DNA of 62,726 bases, counting the filler, from Choristocarpus tenellus KU-1152 (Eukaryota; Protista; Phaeophyceae): NCBI GenBank assembly GCA_964200185.2. It is 12 parts of 12 records of this genome, joined end to end, with 100 filler letters (N's around TTAATTAATTAA, not from the genome) between each part and the next. Parts side by side here need not be neighbours in the genome. Positions count along the whole stretch, not along the records: positions 11,783 to 16,051 come from CAXNAD020015375.1; positions 16,152 to 19,503 come from CAXNAD020020608.1; positions 19,604 to 25,193 come from CAXNAD020010320.1; positions 25,294 to 29,246 come from CAXNAD020016960.1; 8 more parts are not named here. One strand, written 5' to 3'. Within the stretch, counting starts at the first letter, position 1. The number at the start of each line of letters is the position of its first letter. Below are positions 13,380 to 25,900 of this stretch, piece by piece. A program made the translations under genes and the position numbers. The notes beneath the pieces were generated by a model that saw only the letters and a list, made by a program, of their open reading frames with translations, was not told the origin of the DNA and made no database searches.

Positions 13380-13950
13380 TCTGCACCCCTACTGATTCAC
13401 AACTCGGTATGCATCACGGAGAGCCTCAAGAAGTCTCTATCGACTCGAAAATTCATGCCACCAATGCCATGGTAGAGTCTGGCAAACGACCCCTATAGAG
13501 GGAGTTGCATCTTCTGTACCACTGTGCCTTTCTGATCAGCCTTTGGAGTAGCCTTCTCCTTACAGTACTGGAGATGGTCACACTGCTTCATCCTGCAGCT
13601 TGTACTTGAAGGTTACCTGTTCAAGAACCTCTGAAAGCTGGACCTTTTACAGAGTAGAACAATGCTCACCTCCTCCTACTGATCCTCCCCGTCTGGAATT
13701 CTCTGCTACCCACTACATATATCACCCCCAATCGACCAATAGACACATTTGCCTCGGTCGGGACATGAAATGCTTCAGGGTATTGTTATCAGGTACATTG
13801 ACCACGTTATCAGTGCATTACACACCCAAACGTGATGTAGCTACCTGGAGAATCTAACTTGCCATCCACATCATCCACATCAACTGGATCATTGAGCACA
13901 TTCTCCCCCCACTCCAACTCAACAAGAGTTATGACCTTCAACCAAGTGCC
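13380..13950 (-). mobile_element. Possible highly degenerate Gypsy pol remnant (RNase H to integrase)
   Basis: Fragments PDNNTLKHFMSRPRQ (like TDHxxLKHF..RQ) and HGIGGMNFRVDR/LLEALRDAY (like the integrase H..GGHFG.D motif); many stops. Confidence 0.3.
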
Positions 13951-14697
13951 CCTAGTTATGGATGAGTCCATGCTGTATGTCTTATTGCACAAATCGATTA
14001 AGAGTGCAACTGTCTCCGCAGACGTAGTATCCTTGCCGGGGTTGCATGCGCTTCTGTGTTAATAACAATAAGCTCCAGAAAGGTTTGCGCAGCAAACCAT
14101 CAGAATATACCTTCTTTGCTCCTGAAAATATGAATATAAATATGCTTCAACTGGACTCTACATTCTAAATTAAAATATATTGGGGGCTTTTCGATTTTCA
14201 TTTTTCATTTTCCACTGCACCTGACAGGGTCACGAGAATGAAGTTATTGCGTAGGATTGAACAGGATCAGTCCAGGGACATCAAAGAGAATTCCCGGACC
14301 AGGCCACGGACCGGTCTGCCTGGCCCACTCCAGGAACAATTCTTGTTAACAGAGCTGGAACAGTACCATCATGATTGCAAACCAGGCCGGGTCACAGACT
14401 ACCACACATAGAATGCTGAATACATTTTAACAAGACGAGAGTCATCCAAATCGTGAACTGGGTCGGGCGGTGGACCAGGTCACGACCTCAGTCCGGGCAG
14501 TCTGTTGGGCCAACTACCGGTTTGTTTGGTGCAAATCCGTGCCCCAAAATAAAGAGGAAGTTTAATAAGATAACGTTCTACAAAAGACTAAGGGAAGAAA
14601 ACAACCCTCCAACCTACCTACCAACTTTGACTCCAACTAAATGGCCATTCTTTCCAACAGAAAAAGACTCGGTGGACTTACACTGGCACGGCACCAA

Positions 14698-14701
14698 AAT
14701 A

Positions 14702-14738
<37 letters not shown>

Positions 14739-14792
14739 GAAGAAGAATAATGATAATAATAATGATAATAAAAATAATAATAATAATAATAT
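14698..14792. repeat. (AAT/GAT)n low-complexity microsatellite
   Basis: aataatgataatgataatgataataataat...; explains the poly-I/N/L ORFs. Confidence 0.85.
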
Positions 14793-16151
14793 GAAGAAAA
14801 GTGGCCCTGGGACAAAAAAAAAAAATCCCTGTGCATTCGGGGGAAGTTCGAAACCTTTCACTGATAAATTTAAATAAATTTAAATTTGACATTTGACGAC
14901 ATTTGATGAGAAGTCGACGAAGAACAAACAATATCATATCTGGCGTCAGGAACGATGATGGCCCACAGTGGTACCCAACCTTCTGGGCCGCACACAATGC
15001 TCTAGTTCTTTTGATCTGAAAGCAGAGAGTTCTTGGACGCATCCAAAAGATGAGAAATGAGCAGTAAAGAAGCTAGAAACGCAACGAAAGGCAAGAAAGG
15101 ACTACGCTCAAGAGCACGCTGGAAGGATGTAAAAGAAAGGTTGGCTATCCTCAAGCATCAATCGGGGCATGAGATGGAGAATCGATGGAGGGGGGCGGTA
15201 CTGTACAACTGTGAGATGCACCGACGAAGGCGTTGCAGTCAATACAGCTCGTACAGTCACCTGTGTATTGCCATGTGTTACCTACCCCCTTTGTAATTAA
15301 TATAACATTCTTCGCCAAAGTACAAAGGGAATCCCGGACTCCTGGTCGAGATGCAGTCAGAGGAAAGCAACGCGAAAAATATATATATCCTTGGGGGGAA
15401 ACAGGTGAGTCCTTCGTAAGGTTTAAAAAAAAAAAAAAAAAAAAAAAACAGGTAGTGAAGGAAAAATAAAAATGAGAGAAGTTTGGCTCATATCGTACTC
15501 TTTTTTTTTGTTAACTGCGCATCCCTCCTATTTATTTATTTTTGGAGGCAATCCGGGGTTTCCCGAAACAAAGCGTAGCGTATCAGTACCCTGAATACAC
15601 TCGAGGTGCCTTCTCGCTCCTCCTAGAGAGTGTAAGCATATCAGTTCAGTGTAGACGCCACCAAGTCCGAAGTCCTAAAAAATAAAAAATAAAAAAAGAT
15701 ACATTGGTCTACCCTCAATCGATTAAAAAAAAAAAAAAAAGAGTTTTGGACCGAGCCGGGCAGAAGAAAAACAATGGGCAAAAACAAGAGTAAAAAGTTC
15801 CACTTTTGCTTTTGTTTAGAGGTAAATGCAGGGTATTAGGGACAAACGGATATTTAAGGACCGTAAAGCAACACATCATGGTTCACAAATATACGTACAG
15901 GTACGAAGTGGAATAAAATTTTACTTTTTGAAGTGAAATGTTTGTTGTGTATGGTACACCCATACATGTATCGTAGTTTTTTTTCTTTAGTCCACAAACA
16001 AAAAAAAATGCAGTAAAAAAAAAAGCAGAGAAGAGGAAGGAGAAGAAGAGGNNNNNNNNNNNNNNNNNNNNNNNNNNNNNNNNNNNNNNNNNNNNTTAAT
16101 TAATTAANNNNNNNNNNNNNNNNNNNNNNNNNNNNNNNNNNNNNNNNNNNN

Positions 16152-16358
16152 ATTTTGATGTAATTTTGGCTATCGTGTTTGTTAGGAAGTGTCTCAATAT
16201 CTATGTTTCGGACACACCTTTTCATAATGTATACATTTTACCTACTACGAAACATTTTGGAGTCGGAAAATGTCATAAAAAACAAACAAACATGGGAAGC
16301 CAAGCCCCACAAATGGACAAACAGGGAAAAAATCGTACCCTCTAAGATAGTTTCACTC
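16152..16358. mobile_element. MITE family B, truncated by gap
   Basis: Internal sequence and long-arm TIR (...TACCCTCTAAGATAGTTTCACTC) match the other B copies. Confidence 0.8.
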
Positions 16359-16557
16359 CTTGCACAAAATTTCTGACTCTGCAGATCCCTTCCTTCGATG
16401 GAATGTTCTCCCGTGGCTTAGCTATCTGAATGAACCGCCCTTGCACAAACGAAAAAAACGTGTACAATATACATTACATCACACGAAAATAAGACCAGAG
16501 GAAGGTATCCAAAATAAGAAAGCACTTGCTTCGCTTTGTCAGTCGCACTGCTTTTAC

Positions 16558-19161
16558 CTGTGGGATGGCCATTGGATCTCCCTTGATCTTGAGGTCCGAA
16601 TCCCATACCCTCACGACTCCATCTGTCCCCCCGGAGACAATTGCACCGGACGTTGTTCGTGTCAGACACAGGATGGCAGATTCCCCTGTAGAGAGGAGGG
16701 AATATAGTGGGGAGATCAACTTTTGTCAGAGTCAGAGAGGTATCACAGTACAGCCAGAGGTTTATCCCTTGGCCATATTATATGCCTTGCTCATCAAAAG
16801 GCGACGTACCTTTTTTTCTGTTTTTTTTCTGTTTTTTTTCTTTTTTTTTTTGTTTTTTTACGAGACAAGTATGCTTAGCATATATAATATGTTCTTCTGC
16901 CATTGTAGGAATGTGCGAAGTAAAGAGCCAAAGCGTCCTTAGGGGGTAGAGCCGCATCCATTTGGTGGCCAAAATCCAAAGTTGTGTAAAAACATTTTTG
17001 GTAATTTTGGGTATCATGTTTGTTTGGAAGTGTCAATATCCTTGTTCGGGCACACCTTTTTACAATGTATATACTTTTTACAATGTATATAGTTTTTACA
17101 ATGTATATAGTTTTTACAATGTATAAATGTTTTACCTGCTCCGAAACATTTCGGAGTAGGGAAAATTCCTTGAAAAGTCTGTGGGAAGCCAAAGTCCAAA
17201 CGGACAAACAGGGCAAAACTCGTACCCTAACCCTAAGATACTTTCACTTAAAGGAGGGTTGCAAATTGTATTTAGTGACGGATCTAGAGCTAATCGAGCA
17301 GCTGCAGTGAGAAGGGTTTATAAACATGTTTCATAGATAGATTTCTGAGGGATGTACTACTTGTACAGAATAGGTGCTCCCACGTGAGATTTGGCAATGG
17401 TCGGTTTGAGAGAGGTGAAAGGGGTGAAATGCAATATATATATATATAATATATATATATATTGCCATGAAAATACACTGCTGGATACACAATTCTTACA
17501 ACTTTCTACTCTCAACACACGAATGGGTATAGAGGAAAGAAAGTTGTTATTTTGAGTTCTCGAAGGAGATTTGATGGTCTTCTACTCTATGTTGACGTTT
17601 CAATTGCTACTGGGCTAGTTATCTAGAGTACGCAAATTCCATTACTCGGTCTCATTTTAATAAGGATGCAAATTGCCATGAGGTTAGATCACCATACACT
17701 TTACTCAAAACCAGAGACTAGCACTCTTCCCCATTCATGCATGCAAATGCCTAAATATGAGAACAATGGAAAGCCGAGTAAATCCTATCTGTTTCTCACT
17801 CAGTCAGCACCTCTCAATTGTTTTGACTCCAAATTGTAGGCAAAATGAGATCTTGTTGTTAGGGTTAGGGTTATCTCTTACCGTGGGCATCAGGCAGAAC
17901 TCTCACACACACCATGTTCTCCCACACTGCCAGCCCTCCGTTTGCCATTCCTGCAATGGTTCGACCATTCTTCCCTTGTCCCACAGCACAGAGGTAGGTG
18001 GTGTTAACAGAAAGGACCTGAGAGTTATCTTCACCACCCTCAATTCGCTGCGTCACCTTGCCCAGGCTGGAGGTAATATTTGGCAGAAGAGACCAGAAAT
18101 TGATGTAGCCTTGTCCACCTGTCACAACCTATTTGTGAAGGGCATGTTGAGAGGCAATGAACAGCTATGTGTTTGAGGTGTAGGGACAGGTTACACGTTG
18201 TGCTTGTTGTACTGTATTTGACCACCATGGCAAGTAGCACAACATGATCATTGTGAGTGCACAATCAACTAAAGTGCATTGAGCTTAACAACAAATAATT
18301 ATGTAGAGGGGATATGGGAGAGGAGGTTGATTCTACCAACAGGCTCAAAGTATCTGGTTGGGCGGGGGTTGGCGGCTGTTCATTTGGGGCCCATTTTTTC
18401 ATGTCGCGATTTTTGGGTGAATTTGGTTGCGTGCGTCGGATGGATAATGTAACTGCATCTCTCCTATTCAGGGCCCAAATGGACACCCTGGTGTAGTCCC
18501 CCCCCCCAGATACTTTGAGTCACAACAGGCAACGTGTGTACCTACCTGTTGCACCCATTTGAAAAAGAAAAGATCTCACTTCCATCCTGCAACGGAGTAA
18601 AAAATGTTGGGATACTTTGGACTGTGGGAGGTGCTGTTGCAAAAGACGCAATTAGGGAAACTGCTGGTGCTTTGTGGGTAACCTATATCGTATTATTATT
18701 GACTACTTTGTACACTGTCAAGATGTCTCTCTGCCCGCCATTTTCTCCGAAGGCAGAGATCGAAGACTTGGGTTTGCCTCCCACATGCATTGCGACTGGA
18801 AATACCCCTAGTGCTCCCATCAGTGCCTTGTGGCCATCATGTTATGATATTTTGAAGAACATTATGATATCTCTTACTTTCAAATCACACCCTGAGGTCG
18901 AGGAAATGTAGTTGAACAAGTTTCTCGCACCTGGTGAGGGGATGCTTCATCTTCATCTGTCCAAATCAAAAACAGTATCTTGCGCCGTGGCCCCTGTGCA
19001 AGCGCTACCCTCTCCCCATCCGCCCAAGACCCAGACGCTGATCCCCAAACAAGCAAAGAATTGTCCCGATCCGATCCAACCCCAGCAAGGTGAGACCCCG
19101 AAGATGAAAAGGATAGGTGGAAGACTCCACGGGCAACGTTGACAGGCAGGGTACACCTCAT
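16558..19161 (-). CDS. WD40-repeat protein, EML (echinoderm microtubule-associated protein-like) type, internal exons 18931..19161, 17882..18128, 16558..16685
   Basis: GT-AG, phase-consistent splice: RGVFHLSFSSSGSHLAGVGSDRDNSLLVW...KILFLIW..HQ/VVTGGQGYINFWSL...AGMANGGLAVWENMVCVRVLPDAHG/ESAILCL..GAIVSGGTDGVVRVWD. The LAxVGxDxxxSxxVW motif is typical of EML propellers. Confidence 0.8.
16925..17249. mobile_element. MITE family B in WD40 intron, TSD AAA, with internal 18-bp tandem expansion
   Basis: GAGCCAAAG...AGATACTTTCACTT ends; (ttttacaatgtatatag-like)n at ~17056-17125. Confidence 0.85.
18342..18521. mobile_element. MITE family A (~180 bp) in WD40 intron, TSD ACA
   Basis: GGCTCAAAGTATCTGG ... 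CCAGATACTTTGAGTC. Confidence 0.85.
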
Positions 19162-19603
19162 CTTGGTTGAGTAGGTAGGGAAACAAAAATACGATTGGGA
19201 GGAGGGGTGGGCGAGTAGAGTTATGGATGGATGTAAATATAAAATAAATTAATATTGCATTCTGATGTGCCAATACATAGTTGTGAAGAGGTGTCTTATT
19301 TCTTGAACCACAAGGATCTAGGAACATTGTGAAGACTTTCTTGGTGCAACCCCCCAAACGATTACAGAACAACCCAACTGGCTCAAAGTATCTGGGGGGG
19401 GGGGGGGGGGGGGGGGGGGGGGTCCTTTTGGGGGGGATTTTTTTTTTGTCTGGTGTTTTTGTGTGTTTTGTTTCAACTTTTGGGGGGGAAATAAAGAAAA
19501 CTTNNNNNNNNNNNNNNNNNNNNNNNNNNNNNNNNNNNNNNNNNNNNTTAATTAATTAANNNNNNNNNNNNNNNNNNNNNNNNNNNNNNNNNNNNNNNNN
19601 NNN

Positions 19604-21310
19604 CTCAAAGTAGGGGTCTTTTGGGGTGATTTTGGGGCCAGAACTGGGCACGTTCAGGGACAGAACGTCGGCATGGCCACCCCCCCGTCGAACCCCCTGC
19701 ATAGGAAGGGTGCCCAAGTGTCCCTGAATACCAGGGTTGCGCTTGCAGTGCGGCATACCCTTGCGATGGTCCCTGGTGAGCATAAACTGCTGCGATACGT
19801 TGGGTCGGTTCTCGCAGCGGAGTTTGGAGTGTCCGAGTATTACATGCAAGGGCTCTGGGAGGACGTCACCGATCAGCTCGCCCGTGGTCACACGCTTGAC
19901 CTAGGGGTGGCGGCACGTAGTGGGCGGCCTTCGGAGCTCACACCAACCAAGATGGTCGCAATACATAGTATCAGTTCTGATAATCGGTCATCCACAGTGC
20001 ATCAGGTGACAATGAAGATGGCCGCCAAGAAGCTGAATTATAGCACAAGCACCATAAGGTTGGATGATATGGGGGCCATGCCGAATCGCCACTGGATCAA
20101 GCCCAAGCTTAAATCGTGATAAAAAGTATGGAGAATGGACTTTGTTTGATATCAAGTGGACAGGAAACGTGGTGTGTACACCTCCACGGCAAACACGATC
20201 CATGTCGCTGAAATCTGGTTTTACGTGATGGCTGATGGGGAAAGGGTTAGGGTATTTGGCTCAAAGTATCTGTGAGGGGGTGGCGACTGTCCATTTGGGG
20301 TCATTTTTTTCATTTCGAATTTTTTGGGCGATTTGGTTGCATACGTCGGATGGTTACTGTAAATGCACTTTTCCTGATTTTGACCCAAATGGACACCCTT
20401 GTGTAGACCCCCCCCCCCCCTCAGATACTTTAGGTCTTTCCACATGAGGATGATAGAAACAACCTTCCAGGGTCTCCTACTCTGCAGCACAAGAGTCATA
20501 TCCCCAAAACCATGATCATTGCGGCCAACGCCCACCCAGATTTGACTCACAGCTTTGATGGAAAGCTTGGTGTTTGGCGTGTGTGTGCGCCAAAAACGGC
20601 AGACAGGACAAGCAAGAACTAAAAACAGGGGGATGTGTATGAGCAGGACTATACTTTAGGCCATTTATGGTGCAGGAAGTGGTACACGGAGGAGTTACTG
20701 CCTGCCATCAAGACCAAGATGCTTTGGTTGCAGGGGAAGCACGTTGCCGTTCAGCAAGACGGTGCCACCCCCCACACGGGCAAGGGCAACTCAGAAATCT
20801 TGTCAGGGGCAGGGAAGACTGAGGTGGTCGATTAGGCTTGTGATGCAGCTATCTTACTTCCCCAACCTCAATATCATGGACCTGTGCTTCTTCAAGTCTT
20901 TCAAATGCTGGGTGATTGGGGAGCGGCTTGGGTCTGTGGAGGAGATGGTGAAGGTCATTGACAAACAGTATGAGGAGCATGATGAAGCCACACTTGAGAG
21001 GGCTTGGCAGCTCCTTTTTTGAGGTATACAATCAAGTACTTAGATGCAAAGGGGGAAATGACTTCAGTGTGGAGCACACAGGCCTAAGGAAGAGGCAGTT
21101 GTGTGATGAGGTTGAAAGCACGCCGAAGGTAGACATGGAGGCTTTTCTGTGGCTGATAAACTTGTGATGGATGGGGAGTAATCAAAATAAAAAGAGCTGA
21201 CCCTAACCAGAAATTCGTCAAGGATTCCAAATCTTTTTTTAGAAATGTATTTCATCATCATCTTTCCAACGTTATAGACAACCTGGTACAGAATTATGGC
21301 ACTGAGGAAG
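19604..21310 (+). mobile_element. Plant-mariner-like transposon, near full length, pseudogenised transposase
   Basis: N-terminal ORF 19673..20119 (RSGRPSELT), TIHVAEIWFY, FDGKLGVW, QQDGATPH, NLNIMDLCFF, YNQVLRCKGGNDF; stops and frameshifts; 3' end GCACTGAGGAAG+TA. Confidence 0.88.
20258..20436. mobile_element. MITE family A inserted in the mariner transposase, TSD TTT
   Basis: Removing the element and one TTT restores RVFPHEDD in frame. Confidence 0.9.
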
Positions 21311-21555
21311 TATATATATATATTGCCCTTTCACATTTTGGAGATGTGTTTCAGGAAAAACCGATGAAAAGCCACTGTTGAATCGTTTAACTAAGAATCG
21401 TCCTGGATTCCTGAGACCACCACAAAACCCCAAACAAAACTCCAGGAAATGACATCTATAACTCTACTATCGAAAATCTTTGGCTACATTACTATACACC
21501 AGTTCCCATCATGGAGAGAAACAGAGGGAGATACATCAACCATTATCTCGCCTTA

Positions 21556-21732
21556 GGCTCAAAGTATCTGGGGGGTGGCGGCTGTCCACTTGGAGTCAAT
21601 TTTTTCATGTTGCGATTTTTGGGTGATTAGGTTGCATACGTCGGATGGATAATGTAAGTGCACCTTTCCTGGTTATGGCCCAAATAGGCACCCAAGTTTA
21701 GACCCCCCCCCTCCTCCTAGATACTTTGGGTC
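21556..21732. mobile_element. MITE family A, 4-bp TSD CTTA
   Basis: ctta-GGCTCAAAGTATCT ... AGATACTTTGGGTC-ctta. Confidence 0.85.
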
Positions 21733-22265
21733 CTTAAGCGGAAGGTGGAAGCAGTTGGGGTGAGGCAAATCACCCAGAACCGGTAATAACTGACTCAATA
21801 GACTGTATACACTTCGCGACATTCTAACCACCGATGTGGAGTCCCAGAGTCCCGCCCAAGGAGTCATTCGTCGTTGCTGTCGCAAAGGTTTGATCATTTC
21901 CTGTGCCATTCACGTTTGTGAGGTGCCTGTTGCAGACCTTCGTAAAACAACTTTCTCGACCTGAAGAGCATGAGGACAGAACACCTTTCCCGAGCAACAT
22001 CCCTGCTGGTGCTCGTGTTGACTACTTCCTGCTGGGGACAGTCCAATGATACCATGATATGCAAGTTGGATTCTGCCATCGGTCCCCTGCACCTCCAACC
22101 AGAAGGGCTACTGCCTTCGAGATGCGCTCTGACACGGCTCAGGTGGAGTTTGAGACCCGACATATGTGCCACAAAAATAATGGAGACTAGGAAAAATATC
22201 TGTTGTACATAGGCAACTTCCAGAAGACCTTACCCCACACTGAGTACTGGGAAGTAGGCAACTCT

Positions 22266-22523
22266 GAGTGAACGTATCTTAGAGGGTACGGGTTTTGCCC
22301 TGTTTATCCGTTTGGGGCTCGGCTTCCCACGGAGTTTTCATGACATTTTACCTACTCCAAAATGTTTTGGAGTAGGTAAAATGTGGCGTTATGAAGAGGT
22401 GTGTCCGAAACAAGGATATCGACACTCCCTAACAAACACGATAGCCAAAATTACATAAAAATCGCAACAATGAATTTCGGTCCCCAAGCAGACGCAGCTC
22501 TACCCTCTAAGATACTTTGGCTC
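22266..22523. mobile_element. MITE family B, TSD TCT
   Basis: tct-GAGTGAACGTATCTTAGAGGGTA ... TACCCTCTAAGATACTTTGGCTC-tct. Confidence 0.88.
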
Positions 22524-22927
22524 TCTCCTTGGCGATAGTGGTCTAGAGCTCTGAACATCAAACACTAACAGGCTGTTACAGGTATTGCACGCAGTACAGT
22601 ATTTATTGACAGTATCTTACAGTTTCCTGAAATACATGTTGGGATGCATGGGTGTAATCTTCGTGCATGATGTACTTCCCTGTGATGATACTTGTTGACA
22701 CCCTATTTGTCGCATCATGATTTTTTCGCCAGGGGCGCGGGAATGAAATACCCCCAAGAGAGAGAGAGAGAGAGTCTGCCGAGATGTTGACACAATGAGT
22801 GTTTCGTTTTTCCTGCGCATATTGCAGTGATCGAAACGTGAGTTCAAGGCGGCTTCCCTCCCGCTAAGGCCCCATTTAATTCGTTGCACCTCTTGTGCTG
22901 TGTCCCTCTTCTCCTTCACGATATTAG

Positions 22928-23062
22928 AACTTCAGGCATACGAAGCCACCTGGAGTGCTTATCTTCCGGAGATTTCAACAAGTGCGATGATGTTCCTGGG
23001 GGACAAACTACGCTGTTCAATCCTTTGGGAGGACTAAATTTTGTGATGCAGGGGCCTGACCC
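22928..23062 (+). pseudogene. Isolated exon resembling brown-algal vanadium-dependent haloperoxidase
   Basis: AG...GTGAGT bounded; (Q)AYEA/LECLSSGDFNKCDDVPGGQTTLFNPLGGLNFVMQGP resembles the recalled vBPO N-terminal segment AFAALEDCILNGDLSICEDVP...LVNP...GP; apparent 1-nt frameshift; no other vHPO exon recognised. Confidence 0.6.
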
Positions 23063-24349
23063 GTGAGTAAACAACCGCCTACTTGCTCTGAACATATCCC
23101 AGAGACTGTACAACAAGAGTGATGGATGACGAACCTCCAAAATGTCCACATCCAAATTCCATTTTGTAACTTCGCATTCTTCATGAGTAACGACCGCAAA
23201 GAAACTCAATTGGTATGTGCCAATGGTACTCCTCTCAAGTTGTTTGTGCCTGTGGGTTCGTCGATTATCGAATGGACGACCCTGGTTTCACAACACCAAC
23301 GTCCCAAATAGAATCCTTTTGTTTTGTAATGTTACTAGTATCAGTAGCTAGTTTGAAGTGCGATAATTGTACAATTCTGAGGTTTTCATTCCCTCTACCA
23401 AAGCCTAGATCACCGCTTGATCTTGCTCTCGTATTCCCTCGTTTCTCCTTGTGACCGCTATGTATCCTTGAACAGCCAAGCTATCACGATGAGGCCACAG
23501 CCAAACCTGGGGTTTTATGGCGTAGGTTCTATTACCTGAGCATGTCATTCCAAAATGCTAACCCTAGTTGATTAATCTACACGTGCTTCAATTTGTAACG
23601 ATGTAGGCTGTTACAAGTGACCCTAGAAGTCACAATGTCATCGAGTCTTTGTAGGTCGTAGGTACAGCACAGATAGGACGACGAACGAAATCCGGTTCAG
23701 CTCGAAATTCATAGCTCGTGGATCGCAGGCGCGAGGTCGTAAGCGAGGTCGAAGCTGCAGCTCCCCACTATCGCCCTTGTTGGGTGAGCCGATATCAAAG
23801 ACATAACGTAAGCACTGACAACTATAATATTTGCTTCACAACAATCAATTCCTTGCGCAGTTCCGTAAGTATTGTTGCTGGGAGCACGAAGGTGGGAGTT
23901 TGCCAACCTATTTTCTGGTACGAGGAGTACAAGTCTCGGCACAATATACACAGATTATTTTGGTGTTGCTGAGTGAATCACTCCACCCAAACAAATATCG
24001 ATAGGATTGAGATGGTTGTGTGCACACGTGTGCGGTGTGTACAATCCTAGCCATAGTAGAGGGAAGCGCATCTGTCGGCAAGAAGATAATATGTTGACGA
24101 CGGGTGTGTATGGTTGTCAAGAATCCGCAGTAGTGGCGTTGTTGACTTGACCACCAGCATTCCCCAGTAGGTCACAGAGAATGGGCAATAATAGGTGACA
24201 ATATGACACGATGGACCGTGGTCTTGTTGCTATGGGCAAGTGTTGGGTCCTCAACCTGGGCAGTCACACTGGTTGTAGATACGGGTGAGAGTAATATTGA
24301 TAAGGTCTAACTAAGTACATGAGAAGGAGAGAGTGTTTGTGAATCATCA

Positions 24350-24357
24350 TTTATATG
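24350..24357 (+). promoter_or_regulatory. TATA-like box about 25-30 nt upstream of U6
   Basis: ATTTATAT at the position expected for a Pol III type 3 promoter. Confidence 0.4.
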
Positions 24358-24379
24358 ATATTAACTTTGGTATGTGTCG

Positions 24380-24405
24380 GAATCAACTTCGGTTGATCAT
24401 CCGTA

Positions 24406-24436
<31 letters not shown>

Positions 24437-24492
24437 GGCCCCAGCGCATGGATGACACGCATAAATCGAGAGGTGTATCGAAACTTTTTTTT
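24380..24492 (+). ncRNA. U6: U6 spliceosomal snRNA
   Basis: 5' hairpin ATCAAC-TTCG-GTTGAT, AAAATTGGAACGATACAGAGAAGATTAGCATGGCCCC, GGATGACACGCATAAATCG, oligo-T terminator. Confidence 0.96.
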
Positions 24493-25900
24493 CAATTTAT
24501 AGCGAGGTAGGGAGAATTGACACAATATTGTAGATCTACAAAATGCAAAAAAAATGTACTATATACATATATATAGTACCTATTAGGAACTCTACATTAG
24601 ATCCAAGTAGTAGTGTTTATTTCACACATTATTATCAATAGTTGTCCTACGAAAATTGTGGTCAGAGGTTGTAAACTACCATTGCTTCATTGTAAGTTAC
24701 AGATCTTACTCTACAACTTTACCAGATCGGACTTCCTATTCTTGGGTTTCCGTGCATGCATTTACTGCTTGCACTGGTTAGAGCGCGAGAAGAAATACTT
24801 GTGCTATTCGCCCGTAACATAGGTAGTTGCGAGAGTAGTCGAATGCAGGATTTGGCAGCTTTCACAGAAGACACAGCCACTCTTCAGTGGGTGAGAAGGT
24901 TGCAACAGTCACAATACAAGATGCAGTCCCCACCCTTTCTCTCTCCTATTACTTCTCCCGCCAAGCTCCCATTACGATATCCGTGTTGTTGATTGTTCTA
25001 GGAAAAAATACCAACTCAGCATTCAGGTTCTAGTGCATTGATTGGTACACAGCTTCTTAGCTCAGAGTGCAGACAATATATGGATTGTTCTTTTGCTTAT
25101 TCTTCACACACAGACTTAGAAGAAGTCGCGAAGCAGGTGGAGGTAGCCATCGACAGACCCAAAGTATCTGGGGGGGGGGGGGTCTACACCAGGNNNNNNN
25201 NNNNNNNNNNNNNNNNNNNNNNNNNNNNNNNNNNNNNTTAATTAATTAANNNNNNNNNNNNNNNNNNNNNNNNNNNNNNNNNNNNNNNNNNNNCCGCCCC
25301 AGATACTCTGACCCGTAAGATTCTGTGCTATGAATGATAAAGGGCATGTGGGGGATTACTGCCACTCCTTCACTTGTCAAGAGTCTTTGAAAGTTTTCTA
25401 TGTCATTGAGGCGCTCTCCTCCTAGACAGTGAACGTCGGGTGTCCTCCCTTCCTTCACCCCTCAAGTCGCCGTTGTGATGCTCTACCATGAGTGGACAGC
25501 TGCATTGACTCGAAGATGACTTGGGTGTAATAGATCTATTGTTCAAGCATTGGCACGATGGACAGCAGAGCATACTTTGCTGAATGAATAGCTTCGAACT
25601 CTGGAATGGATGAGCAACATCCCATTCACATGTTTTGCCTTCAGTGTCAATTGGATATTGAATGTCGTCAAGAAGCAGAGTAAAATATTTTGGAAACGTA
25701 TCTATCCCCTTAGATTATTCTGTGATGGGGAACATCGTACCTCCACTTAGACCTAACCTTTTGATCCTGTCCATCTATATTTCCTCTAATCCAGAATAAT
25801 CTCTCTCAGCCCCCCTCCGCTCAAAGTGACACTTCCATGTAGCACATTTTTTTCCTTTCACCGCCTCCTCTTCTTCTGCTTGCCTCGTGGGTTGAGGGTA

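Noticed and set aside
14453-15042. Poly-Ile/Asn/Leu ORFs
   Set aside because: Translations of an AAT-type microsatellite.
19604-21310. Mariner transposase as mobiliser of MITE A/B
   Set aside because: Mariner ends (ACGGAGGTAG+TA) share neither TIR sequence nor TSD with the MITEs.
21740-22210. Possible LINE RT remnant on the minus strand
   Set aside because: Only a faint QGC-like echo and no YADD motif; too degenerate to call.
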